DNA of 56,749 bases from Pseudomonadota bacterium (GCA_022572105.1 JACZWN010000001.1:1-56749), one strand, 5' to 3'; shown: positions 1 through 8,634, counted from the stretch's first letter. Notes: generated by a model from the sequence alone, not told the origin. A program made the numbers and translations.

Positions 1-330
1 TGCCGCGGCGTCGAGCGGGCCGGGGGCCTGAGCGTCGGCCTGCTGCCCGAGGGCGACCCGGCGGCCGCCAACCGCCATGTCTCGGTGCCGATCGCAACCG
101 GCATCGGCGTCGCCCGCAACGCCATCATCGCGCGCGCTTCGCTCGCGCTCGTCGCCGTCGGCGGCGGCACCGGGACCATCGCGGAAGCCGCCTTCGGCCT
201 GCAGTTCGGCGTGCCGGTCCTCGGCCTGCTCGACGCGCCGGCGCTGGACGGCGTGCGCGCCTGCCCGGACCCGGAGACCGCGGTCGGGCAGGTCGCGCGC
301 GTCGTGCTCGCCCTGCCGCTCGACGATTGA
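1..330 (+). CDS. TIGR00725/LOG-like (SLOG superfamily) protein, C-terminal part; 5' end outside window
   Basis: The frame is open from base 1 to TGA 328-330. The translation ...NRHVSVPIATGIGVARNAIIARASLALVAVGGGTGTIAEAAFGLQFGVPVLGL fits the TG-G-ARN ... GGG-GT-E core of LOG/TIGR00725 proteins. The ORF-track start at 85 is an internal GTG. Confidence 0.6.
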   Translation, partial: CRGVERAGGLSVGLLPEGDPAAANRHVSVPIATGIGVARNAIIARASLALVAVGGGTGTIAEAAFGLQFGVPVLGLLDAPALDGVRACPDPETAVGQVARVVLALPLDD

Positions 331-334
331 ACCG

Positions 335-2578
335 CTATTTCTCCAAGGCTTCGTAAATGCCGTCCCACTGGGCGGCGTCGGTGACGGCCGGGTGGCTGGC
401 GAGGCGCTCGGCGTAGATGTCGTAGAGCCTGGCGAGCGGCAGGCCGCCGCCGTGCTCCCGGCACCAGGCCAGCTTTTCGGACGCCGTCGCCCAATCGGCC
501 GCGCGGTAGGCGCGGATCATCTCGTCATGCACCTTGGCGAGCGCCAGGAATGTCTCGTCGTCGTGCAGCGCGCCGTCGCCCAGAAGGGCGAACACGCGGG
601 ACGGCTTGAGCTTGCCCTTGACCCGGATCAGATCGAGCTCGAGGAAGGCGAAGCCGTTGGCCGCCGCCGCGGTGTTTTGTCCGACCACGATCGGACAGCC
701 GTAAAACTTGGCCTGGCCTTCCAGGCGCGAGGACAGGTTCACCGTGTCGCCCAGGGCCGAGTAGTTGAAATGCTGCTCCGAGCCCAGATTGCCGACGTTG
801 CACTCGCCCGAGTTGAGGCCGATGCGGATGGCGATGGCCGACGGCTCCGTGCCGGCGGCTTCGGCTTCCTGCGTCAATTCCTCGTTCAAGGCCCGGATCT
901 CGCGCTGCATGTCGAGCGCGGCGCCGCAGGCATGGCTGGCGTGCTCGGCATCGGCGAGCGGTGCATTCCAGAACGCCATGACCGAGTCGCCGATGTATTT
1001 GTCGATGGTGCCCTGGTAATCGAGGATCGGCCCGGTCATGCGGGTCAGCACCCGGTTCATCAGGCGGGTCAGCTGCTCCGCCGACAGGCGCTCCGAGATC
1101 GTCGTGAAACCCTGCACGTCGCCGAACATGATCGTCATGTCGCGGATTTCCCCGCCCAGGCGGAGCTGATCCGGATCGTTGGTCAGGCGTTCGATGACGG
1201 CCGGGGCGAGGTATTGCGAGAAGGCCCTGCGGATGGTCTTCCGGCTGCCCTCCTCGCGGATGTACTTGGTGTAGGCGATCAGTCCGTAGATGCCGAATAT
1301 GCCGACCGCGCTGTAGGCGACGTCGAGCAGGATGCGCTCGGTCGCGTAGAGGTACCAGGACCCGAACCCGAGACCGGCCTGGACTCCCGCGCCGACGAAC
1401 AGCGTCCAGCGCGCGCCCGCCAGCGGCGTGAACACGATGATCATCAGGCCCGTGAAGGCGAGCAGGACCAGCTCCGCGCCGAGCGCGTAGTTGGGGCGCA
1501 CGAGGTCCGACTTGGCCAGGATCGTCTCGAGCAACTGGGCGTGGACCTCGACGCCGGGCATCCCGGAGGAGACGGGCGTCGCCCTGATGTCGCCGAGCGC
1601 GGTCGCCGAGGTGCCGACGATGACCAGCTTGCCCTTGACCCGGTCGGGCCGGACCTTGGCCCCGAGCACGTCCTTGGCCGAGACGTAGCGCGCCGGGTCC
1701 GGGACCGCGAAGTGGACCCATTTCCTGGCGTGGCGGTCGGTCGGAATGGCCACGCCGGCGACCACGATGCTGTCGACCCCGGCCTTGTTGGTCTTGACCG
1801 CGATCGCCCGCTGGCCGGTCGCGACGCGGAGCATCTCGACGGTGAGCGAGGGGACGATGTGGCCGCCGGCGTTGACGATCAGCGGCACGCGCCGGGCGAT
1901 GCCGTCGGCCTCGGGGCTGAGCGTGATGCTGCCCAGGCCCTTGGCCATCCGCTCGAGTTCCGGGAGGTTTCGGATCATGCCTTGATAAGTCAGGAGAAAC
2001 GGCTTGGGGCTGCCGCCGATCTCGGCGATCGCGGTCTTGACCGGCTTCGATTTGTCCAGGTCTCCGATCGGCCGCGCGTCCGGGGCTTGGGCGAGGACGA
2101 CGCGGGAGCGCCGCATCATGCCGGCGAATCTAGAGTCGTTGCTCGGCATTTTCTTGAGCAGCGAGCGGGTGTTGTCGTCGAGGCCGGGCAGCAGGTCGGC
2201 GAGCAGGCCGGGCGACATGCGGTCGGGCTCGGCGAAAATCATGTCGAAGGCCACGACGACCGCGCCCATGCGGAACAGCCGGGTGGCCAGATCGGCCAGC
2301 ACCGTGCGCGGCCACGGCCATTGCCCGATCTCGGCCAGGCTTTCGTCGTCGATATCGACGATCAGCACGGGCAAGGCGCCCGCTTCCCTGGGCGCGATCC
2401 GCTGGAACAGATCGAAGACCTGGAGTCGCAGCGCGGCGACCGGCAGGGGATCCCAGATGCGCGCCAGGACGAGCGCGCAGAGCGCGGCGAAGGGCACGAC
2501 ATGGCCGAACAGGCTCAGGCGAAACCGCCTCTTGCGCTCGCCTCGTTCGCGTCGTCGTAATCGCAATCTCTTCAACAC
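335..2578 (-). CDS. CHASE2 sensor domain-containing class III adenylate/guanylate cyclase
   Basis: 747-aa ORF. It has an N-terminal basic/TM segment, a large periplasmic-type region followed by TM helices, and a C-terminal cyclase catalytic core (RDMTIMFGDVQGFTTISE ... TIDKYIGDSVMAFWNAP ... IRIGLNSGECNVGNLGSEQHFNYSALGDTVNLSSRLE). Confidence 0.8.
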   Translation of the reverse strand: MLKRLRLRRRERGERKRRFRLSLFGHVVPFAALCALVLARIWDPLPVAALRLQVFDLFQRIAPREAGALPVLIVDIDDESLAEIGQWPWPRTVLADLATRLFRMGAVVVAFDMIFAEPDRMSPGLLADLLPGLDDNTRSLLKKMPSNDSRFAGMMRRSRVVLAQAPDARPIGDLDKSKPVKTAIAEIGGSPKPFLLTYQGMIRNLPELERMAKGLGSITLSPEADGIARRVPLIVNAGGHIVPSLTVEMLRVATGQRAIAVKTNKAGVDSIVVAGVAIPTDRHARKWVHFAVPDPARYVSAKDVLGAKVRPDRVKGKLVIVGTSATALGDIRATPVSSGMPGVEVHAQLLETILAKSDLVRPNYALGAELVLLAFTGLMIIVFTPLAGARWTLFVGAGVQAGLGFGSWYLYATERILLDVAYSAVGIFGIYGLIAYTKYIREEGSRKTIRRAFSQYLAPAVIERLTNDPDQLRLGGEIRDMTIMFGDVQGFTTISERLSAEQLTRLMNRVLTRMTGPILDYQGTIDKYIGDSVMAFWNAPLADAEHASHACGAALDMQREIRALNEELTQEAEAAGTEPSAIAIRIGLNSGECNVGNLGSEQHFNYSALGDTVNLSSRLEGQAKFYGCPIVVGQNTAAAANGFAFLELDLIRVKGKLKPSRVFALLGDGALHDDETFLALAKVHDEMIRAYRAADWATASEKLAWCREHGGGLPLARLYDIYAERLASHPAVTDAAQWDGIYEALEK

Positions 2579-2842
2579 TGGCGGACTCTTGGCCCGTTTA
2601 TTTGCGCTCTATTCGCGCCGTTCGCGCCGCAAACACTTGCCGGATTCGGAAATACTACGTGATTTCCTCTACATTTGCGTCCGTTTTGCGCCTTTTAAGA
2701 CGGCAGTCACGCTCTACGAATCATTTGACTCTCAAAATCATAGAATAGCACAATAAAACATGCCAGACCGGCCGCAAGCCAGGTCGGGCCGAGAACGAAC
2801 CACACAAAAAAATACCCTGACCGGTTAGCGGGGGCATAGGTA

Positions 2843-5800
2843 ATGGGTGTGGAGTGGCAAGGGCAGGTAGGTGGCCCTCACGCCGGCTTCGAGAAAAGTT
2901 TCTCGGCGCCAGACACGCAAGCCACGTCGGTATGGCCCGACAGCCAGGACGGCGGAACCGAGTCCGCCGGTCAAACCACCTATCTCGCCGCTTCGGAGGG
3001 CGGGCAGGCGTTGCTCCTGCCCGGCGGCGGCTTCTTGTTTCACGCCGACTTCGCCCACGAGGGCGCCGATCTCGTGATCACCGGCGCCGAGGGCGGCACG
3101 GTCGTGATCATCGATTACTTCGCCGGCGCCGAGCCCGGCGACCTCATGACCCTGGACGGGCACCTGCTGCCCGGCGACCTGGTGCAGTCGCTGGCCGGCC
3201 CGGCGGCCCCGGTGCAGGTCGCGCAGTTGGCGGCCCTGCCCGATGCACCGCCCGAGATCGGCCAGGTGCAGGAAGTCGAGGGCTCGGTCACGGCGACCGG
3301 CGCCGACGGCCTGACGGTCGAGCTCGGCATCGGCTCGTCGGTCTATCAGGGCGACGTGCTGGAGACCTCCTCCGACGGCGCGGTGAACATCCTCTTCCTC
3401 GACGGCACGACCTTCGCGCTCGGCGGCGACGCCAAGATGGTCCTGGACCAGTTGATCTACGACGCCTCGGCCAACACCGGCTCGTCGCTGATGTCGGTGT
3501 TGACCGGGACCTTCATCTTCATCACCGGCGAGGTCGCCAAGACCGGACCGGAGGCCATGCAGGTGCGCACGCCCGCCGGCACCATCGGGATCCGAGGCAC
3601 CAAGGTCGGGTGCAACCTGGAAATTTCCGACGGCGTGTCGATCTGCGTGCTGCTGCCCGACGCCGACGGCACGGTCGGCGAGTTCGTATTTTCGAACGAG
3701 AGCGGCAGCCAGGTCGTTTCCAACGCCTTCGAAGCGATTATCGCCAACGCCTTCAACGCCAGCCTCACGGTGAGCCAGGTCCTGCCCTCCCAGTTGCAGG
3801 CGATCTTCGAGGGCCTCCCGACGAGCGTGCTCGAGGCGCAGGCGGCGCCCGCGGTGCTCGGCGCCGGCGGCACCTTCTTCGATTTTCACACCTCCCAGAT
3901 CGGGCTGCTCCGGGGGCTCCTTGCGACCGGCGTCCTGGACGACCTGATCCTGGACTCGGAGCTGGTCTTCGGCAGCAACATCGACGACGACGCCAATTCC
4001 CTGGCGATTGCGGCCAGCCTGTTCATCGCCGAGCCGACGGCGGACGGCCCCGGGACCTTGAGCATCGGCAACCTCAGCCTGGTGCTGCAGCAATCGGTCG
4101 AGCTTCTCGGCTTCTCGATCACCGCCAACGGCGCGCCCTTCGCCTTGACCGTCGACGGCGTGCCGGTCGACCTGGTCCAGGACGGCAACACGGTCGAGGG
4201 CTTCGCCGACGGAGAGCTCATCTTTCGCTTCGTGCTCGATCCGGACAGCGGGAGTATCACCTTCTTCCTGACCCAGCCGCTCGACCACCAGAACCCCGAT
4301 GCGACGGGTGCGGCCGACACCATCGAGTTCAGCTTCGACGTTGAGGTCACCTTCCTCAACGGCACCTCGCAGACCGTCCTCGTCCAGGCCAACATCCTGG
4401 ACGCCGGCCCGACGGCGACCACTACGTCCAATTCGGTGGACGAGGCGATCGACATCGACGCCACCGTGGCCGGCAATCTGGCGATCGTGCCCGGCAACGA
4501 CGGCCTGCAGTCGATCGCGCTCGACAGCGTGACGGCGGCCTCCGGCGGCGCGGTCATCGCGCTGACCTCGGGCGGCGAGGCGGTGCTGGCGCCCGAGCTG
4601 ATCGCGGCCAACACCTTCCAGGGCAAGACCGCCTCGGGCGAGGTGGTCTACGAGATCGTCTTCGACCCGGCGACCGGCGATTACAGCTTCACGCTGATCG
4701 CGCCGCTCGACCATCCGGACGCCGGCGCGGACACGATCACGCTGACCTTCGACGTGCCGGTGACCGACGGCGACGGCGACACCGTGATCAGCACGATCGT
4801 CATCCAGGTCGCCGATGACGTGGTCATCGCCCAGGCGGACGACGGCGGCACCGTCGCCGAGGCCACGGTGGCGCCGGTCGAAGGCAACGTCACCGACAAC
4901 GACGACTCCGGCGCGGACGGCTTCGGCACGGTGCTCCAGTTCGTCCACGACGGCGTGGTTTACACGCCCGACGTCGACGGCGTGATCACCATCGCGACCG
5001 CGCTCGGCGGCAGCTTCACCTTCGACTTCAATACCGGGGCCTACAGCTACGTGGCGCCGGATTCGGTCGACAACAGCGCCGGCGACCCGCTCGAGACCTT
5101 CACCTACACGGTCGCCGACGGCGACGGTGACACCAGCACGGCAACGCTCACGATCGCGGTCAGCGACGCCAACGCGCCCACCGCCGAACCGGACGTCTTG
5201 GCCATCGACGAGGCCGAGGGCGACGGCGACGCCTTGGATCCCTTCAACGCCTTTACGCCGATCGTGCGCCTGGGCAACCTGACCGATAATGACGATCCGG
5301 GCGGCGACGGCTTTGGGACCGTGCGCATCACCGGGGCCAGCTACGACGTTCAAGGGCTGGGTGCGCTCACGCAAGCGGTCGACGAGGACGCCGACTCGAT
5401 CACCTTCACCGGCGACGGCTGGACGCTCGAGATCGACAAGCTGACCGGCGATTACACCTTCACCCAGACCGGTGCCATCGACCATAGCGCGCTCTCCGGC
5501 GTGGCCGAGTTCGGCTACACCATCCAGGACTCGGACGGTTCGACCAACACCGGCACCTTCACGGTCACGATCGCCAACGACGGTATCGCCGCCTCCGACG
5601 ACGGCGGCGCGATCCAGGAAGGCTCGGCCACGACGCTTTCCGGCAGCGTGTTCGACAACGACGACCCCGGCGCCGACGGCTTCGGCGGGGTCACCCAGTT
5701 CACCCACAACGGCCAGACCTATTCCCTGGCCTCGACCGCGGCGCAGCCGGGCTTCGTTTCCCTGGTCGGCACCGTGATCACGATCACCACCGAGCTGGAC

Positions 5801-7993
5801 GGCACCCTGGTCTTCGACTTCGCGACCGGCGACTACAGCTACTCGCCGCCCGTTTCGGTCGACAACAGCTCCGGCGATCCGGTCGAGGCCTTCGTCTACA
5901 CGGTCGCCGACGTTGACGGCGACACGGCGATCGCCACGCTGCGGGTCACGGTGACCGACGCCAACGCGCCCGCGGCCGTGCCCGATACGCTGCTGGTGGA
6001 CGAGGCCGAGGGCGACCCGACGGACCTCGGTGACGGCTCGGCCTTCACGGCGATCGTGCGCCAGGGCAGCCTGACCGACAACGACAATCCAGGCGCCGAC
6101 GGCTTCGGTGCGCCGAGGATCACGGCGGCCAGTTACGACGTTCAGGGCCTGGGGGCGCTGACGCAGCCGGTCGACGAGGACGCGGACTCGATCACCTTCA
6201 CCGGGTCTGGCTGGACCCTGGTGATATACAAGGCGACCGGCGACTACACCTTCACCCAGACCGGTCCGATTGACCACGAGGCGCTCTCCGGCGTCGCCGA
6301 GTTCGGCTACACGATCCAGGATCTCGACGGCCAAACGTCCAGCTCGACGCTGACCATCACGATCACCGACGACGGAATCGTCGCCAACGACGACGACGGC
6401 GGCGTGGTGGACGAGGACGCGGCGACCTCGGGCAACCTCTTCGATAACGACGATTCCGGCGTCGACGGCTTCGGCGGGATCACCGAGGTGGTCCACGGCG
6501 GCGTGGCCTACACGGCCGGCGGCGGCGTGATCAGCTTCACGACGGCGCTGGGCGGCACCTTCTCGCTCGACGTGGCGAGCGGGGAGTACACCTACACCGC
6601 GCCGGCGCTCGATACGATCTCGGGCGACGGCACCGAGACCTTCCGCTACACCGTGATCGACGGCGACGGCGATGCCGCCGTGGCGACGCTCACCATCGAT
6701 GTCGACGACCGGCCCGAGGCGCGCGACGACCAGAACGCGGCGACGGAGGGCGGCGGGTCCGTCGCCGGCAACGTTCTCGGCAACGACGTGATCGGCGATG
6801 CGCCGGGGCGGGTGACCCAGATATCCTTTACCACGACCGACGCGGCGGCGGCGGCGTTCTACGCGGGGCTCGGCGATGCGGACATCGTGGTGACCGAGAA
6901 CGCCGGCGTCTTCACCATCACCGTTGCCGTGGCCGACGGCGGCTCCAAAATATTCGCCACCCTGGCCGGCGGCGAGCTGACGATTAACAGCGACGGCAGT
7001 TACACTTACGCGCCGCCGCCCTCGGGCGCGCTGCGCGAGGATGCGACCGAGACCTTCACCTATACGGTGGTCGATAGCGACGGCGACTCCGACACGGCGA
7101 CGCTCACGATCACCGTGGACGACGTGATCGAGCCGGCCGGCGCGTTCCTCGTGACCAATACCAACGCCGGTCTGCAGGACCTGCGTCTCATCGTCACCAG
7201 TAACGACGCCAGCGTGGAGGGCAGCGGGACGCCGACGACCGCGGGAGGGCAGGCGGGTACCGTGCCGCTGGGTGGCGGGGTTGTCTTCGAGCAGACCGAT
7301 TCCTACGCCGTGATCGTCAAGTTCGAATCCGGCAGCGGCACCACCAACCTGACCGATCTGGACCTGATCTTCGACCTGGAGGCGGCCGACCTCGACGACC
7401 CGGACAACGTATTCCTGACACTGCTCGACCAGGGCACCATCCAGTTGGGCGAGCAGGGCAGTGGCGTGGATGGTGCCATCTGGCTGATCGAGTTTAACGA
7501 GACACTGTCCGAATTCGAGGTTTCGGGCGCGATCCTCTACGACATACAGTCCGATCCGGTCCTCGGCGATATCGTCGTGTTCGATACGGACCTGTCGAAC
7601 ACCAGCTTCGATCTCGATTTCGGCCTGCTGCCGACCGACGGCAACGTCTTGTTGGCGGAGGACTCGCTGTTCGGCGATATCGAGGTGATTGACATCACCG
7701 GATCCCAGACCAGCGAGGTCAACACGCTGACCCTGAACGCCCAGGACGTGCTGGACGTGACCGAGGAGATCGATGGGAACCACCAGCTCATCGTATTGGG
7801 CGACAACGACATCCTGGTTCTGGCCGACGAGGGCGACCTGCGGTTCGAGGCCTTTGACCTCACCGGCACGACGACCCTCGCGGGATCGTCCGAGACCTTT
7901 GACATTTACAACGTGGTTCTGGACGGGGTTGTGGTCGGGACGGTCTTCGTCGACGACGACCTGACCGTGCAATTCGAAACCGCGATGGCCTGA
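2843..7993 (+). CDS. Giant secreted repeat adhesin-like protein (FecR-like N-terminal region, T1SS-143/VCBS-like repeats, non-RTX type I secretion C-terminal target-like domain)
   Basis: 1716-aa ORF with strong GC3 bias. It has a FecR-like segment GSVTATGADGLTVELGIGSSVYQGDVLETSSDGAVNILFLDGTTFALGGDAKMVLD. Modules of the form LDHxxPDA..DTI.F.F and TFTYTV.D.DGDT..ATLTI.V.D recur, along with NDDPGADGFG motifs. The C-terminus reads NTLTLNAQDVLDV...VFVDDDLTV. The exact start codon is uncertain. Confidence 0.8.
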   Translation: MGVEWQGQVGGPHAGFEKSFSAPDTQATSVWPDSQDGGTESAGQTTYLAASEGGQALLLPGGGFLFHADFAHEGADLVITGAEGGTVVIIDYFAGAEPGDLMTLDGHLLPGDLVQSLAGPAAPVQVAQLAALPDAPPEIGQVQEVEGSVTATGADGLTVELGIGSSVYQGDVLETSSDGAVNILFLDGTTFALGGDAKMVLDQLIYDASANTGSSLMSVLTGTFIFITGEVAKTGPEAMQVRTPAGTIGIRGTKVGCNLEISDGVSICVLLPDADGTVGEFVFSNESGSQVVSNAFEAIIANAFNASLTVSQVLPSQLQAIFEGLPTSVLEAQAAPAVLGAGGTFFDFHTSQIGLLRGLLATGVLDDLILDSELVFGSNIDDDANSLAIAASLFIAEPTADGPGTLSIGNLSLVLQQSVELLGFSITANGAPFALTVDGVPVDLVQDGNTVEGFADGELIFRFVLDPDSGSITFFLTQPLDHQNPDATGAADTIEFSFDVEVTFLNGTSQTVLVQANILDAGPTATTTSNSVDEAIDIDATVAGNLAIVPGNDGLQSIALDSVTAASGGAVIALTSGGEAVLAPELIAANTFQGKTASGEVVYEIVFDPATGDYSFTLIAPLDHPDAGADTITLTFDVPVTDGDGDTVISTIVIQVADDVVIAQADDGGTVAEATVAPVEGNVTDNDDSGADGFGTVLQFVHDGVVYTPDVDGVITIATALGGSFTFDFNTGAYSYVAPDSVDNSAGDPLETFTYTVADGDGDTSTATLTIAVSDANAPTAEPDVLAIDEAEGDGDALDPFNAFTPIVRLGNLTDNDDPGGDGFGTVRITGASYDVQGLGALTQAVDEDADSITFTGDGWTLEIDKLTGDYTFTQTGAIDHSALSGVAEFGYTIQDSDGSTNTGTFTVTIANDGIAASDDGGAIQEGSATTLSGSVFDNDDPGADGFGGVTQFTHNGQTYSLASTAAQPGFVSLVGTVITITTELDGTLVFDFATGDYSYSPPVSVDNSSGDPVEAFVYTVADVDGDTAIATLRVTVTDANAPAAVPDTLLVDEAEGDPTDLGDGSAFTAIVRQGSLTDNDNPGADGFGAPRITAASYDVQGLGALTQPVDEDADSITFTGSGWTLVIYKATGDYTFTQTGPIDHEALSGVAEFGYTIQDLDGQTSSSTLTITITDDGIVANDDDGGVVDEDAATSGNLFDNDDSGVDGFGGITEVVHGGVAYTAGGGVISFTTALGGTFSLDVASGEYTYTAPALDTISGDGTETFRYTVIDGDGDAAVATLTIDVDDRPEARDDQNAATEGGGSVAGNVLGNDVIGDAPGRVTQISFTTTDAAAAAFYAGLGDADIVVTENAGVFTITVAVADGGSKIFATLAGGELTINSDGSYTYAPPPSGALREDATETFTYTVVDSDGDSDTATLTITVDDVIEPAGAFLVTNTNAGLQDLRLIVTSNDASVEGSGTPTTAGGQAGTVPLGGGVVFEQTDSYAVIVKFESGSGTTNLTDLDLIFDLEAADLDDPDNVFLTLLDQGTIQLGEQGSGVDGAIWLIEFNETLSEFEVSGAILYDIQSDPVLGDIVVFDTDLSNTSFDLDFGLLPTDGNVLLAEDSLFGDIEVIDITGSQTSEVNTLTLNAQDVLDVTEEIDGNHQLIVLGDNDILVLADEGDLRFEAFDLTGTTTLAGSSETFDIYNVVLDGVVVGTVFVDDDLTVQFETAMA
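5141..6682 (+). repeat. Intragenic tandem duplication in the adhesin gene (unit about 792 nt / 264 aa, then a 750-nt second unit)
   Basis: Unit 1 starts at ATLTIAVSDANAPTAEPD (5141) and unit 2 at ATLRVTVTDANAPAAVPD (5933). The next module starts at ATLTIDVDD (6683). The two units align along their length, e.g. ASYDVQGLGALTQ.VDEDADSITFTG.GWTL.I.K.TGDYTFTQTG.IDH.ALSGVAEFGYTIQD. Confidence 0.75.
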
Positions 7994-8194
7994 TCCGGGC
8001 GCTTCGCCGGCGAGATTTTCGGCATGCGGACGGCCGGCGCTTGAGGGAGGCGCAATTCTTTTGCCCTGTTCCCAACCCCGGCGCGGCGTGCTACGATTCT
8101 GTCCAGCCCGATTCGTTTCGCCGATGCGGGACTCGCCGGTACCGATCGATGCGACCCACCTTGTTCCGTCCCCGTCTCGTTAAGGTGACCTCCG

Positions 8195-8234
8195 ATGATT
8201 AGAACCATCGGCCCATGATTAGAACCATCGGCAT
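8195..8234 (+). repeat. Tandem duplication of ATGATTAGAACCATCGGC (two 18-nt copies, offset 20 nt) at the start of a small ORF
   Basis: 8195-8212 and 8215-8232 are identical. The first copy opens a 7-codon ORF (MIRTIGP) whose TGA (8216-8218) overlaps the second ATG (8215-8217). Confidence 0.9.
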
Positions 8235-8391
8235 CGTGCTCGGCACCTATGCGGTCATCGCCTTCGCGGTCGCCCTGCTCCAACTCATCATAAAGCTCGA
8301 GGACGGCTTGGTGCCGGGCCAGGCGTTCACGACCGCTCTCGGGTTGGGTTTGACCTGGCCGATCAGCCTGGTCGCCATGTTCTGGACTTGA
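8215..8391 (+). CDS. Hypothetical small membrane protein (58 aa, two predicted hydrophobic helices)
   Basis: Translation: MIRTIGIVLGTYAVIAFAVALLQLIIKLEDGLVPGQAFTTALGLGLTWPISLVAMFWT. Third codon positions are mostly G/C, as in real genes of this window. It falls below the 60-aa cut-off of the ORF track. The SD-like AAGGTG at 8182-8187 serves the upstream duplicated ATG (8195). Confidence 0.45.
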   Translation: MIRTIGIVLGTYAVIAFAVALLQLIIKLEDGLVPGQAFTTALGLGLTWPISLVAMFWT

Positions 8392-8403
8392 GTCGACGCG
8401 CCG

Positions 8404-8529
8404 CGTTTACGCCTCGGGCCCCGTTTACGCCTCGGGCCCGGGCCGACCTTCCTTCGCCCGCCGAAGCGGGCTTCGCGAAGGCGGGTTTGCTCCGATGAAA
8501 TGGGTTGATATCAAGGACGGTTGGCATAA
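8404..8529 (+). repeat. Dispersed repeat, solo-end copy A (related to the MITE-like family), starting with an 18-nt perfect tandem duplication
   Basis: CGTTTACGCCTCGGGCCC occurs twice (8404-8421, 8422-8439). The palindromic core is CCCGCCGAAGCGGG / CTTCGCGAAG, and the end is GATGAAATGGGTTGATATCA...TTGGCATAA. It shares TTTACGCCTCGGGCC and ATGAAATGGGT.(A/G)ATATCA with copy B at 46665-46737. Confidence 0.6.
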
Positions 8530-8558
8530 CGCATTGAATAGCGGCAAGAAGAAGAATG

Positions 8559-8634
8559 TGGTGCCGGGTGCAGGATTCGAACCCGCGACATCTGGTTTAC
8601 AAAACCAGCGCTCTACCAACTGAGCTAACCCGGC
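8559..8634 (-). tRNA. tRNA-Thr (anticodon UGU)
   Basis: The reverse complement reads GCCGGGT-TA-GCTC-AGTTGGTA-GAGC-G-CTGGT-TTTGTAA-ACCAG-ATGTC-GCGGG-TTCGAAT-CCTGC-ACCCGGC-A-CCA. This is a full cloverleaf with encoded CCA. Confidence 0.93.

Noticed and set aside
2825-7972. 1715-aa ORF antisense to the adhesin gene, plus other very long antisense or alternate-frame ORFs (77..2560 +, 14090..15736 -, 19596..21197 -, 21351..23453 -, 23425..25383 -, 25681..28194 -, 28801..30156 -, 41164..43236 -, 44012..46609 -, 46808..48193 -, 49175..50581 -, 50697..51971 +, 55440..56669 +)
   Set aside because: Their translations are Arg/Gly/Asp/His/Pro-rich low-complexity strings typical of stop-codon-poor frames in high-GC DNA. 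Each lies opposite or out of frame to a gene with unmistakable family motifs. No independent start or SD support exists.
2843-7993. RTX toxin classification of the giant protein
   Set aside because: I could not find runs of the GGxGxD nonapeptide. The C-terminus looks like the non-RTX T1SS target type instead.
8559-8634. Genomic island integrated at tRNA-Thr (looked for an integrase and a direct repeat of the tRNA 3' end)
   Set aside because: No integrase, phage or transposase gene is present, and I could not find a duplicated tRNA 3' segment by eye. The idea is retained only as a weak possibility within the adhesin finding.
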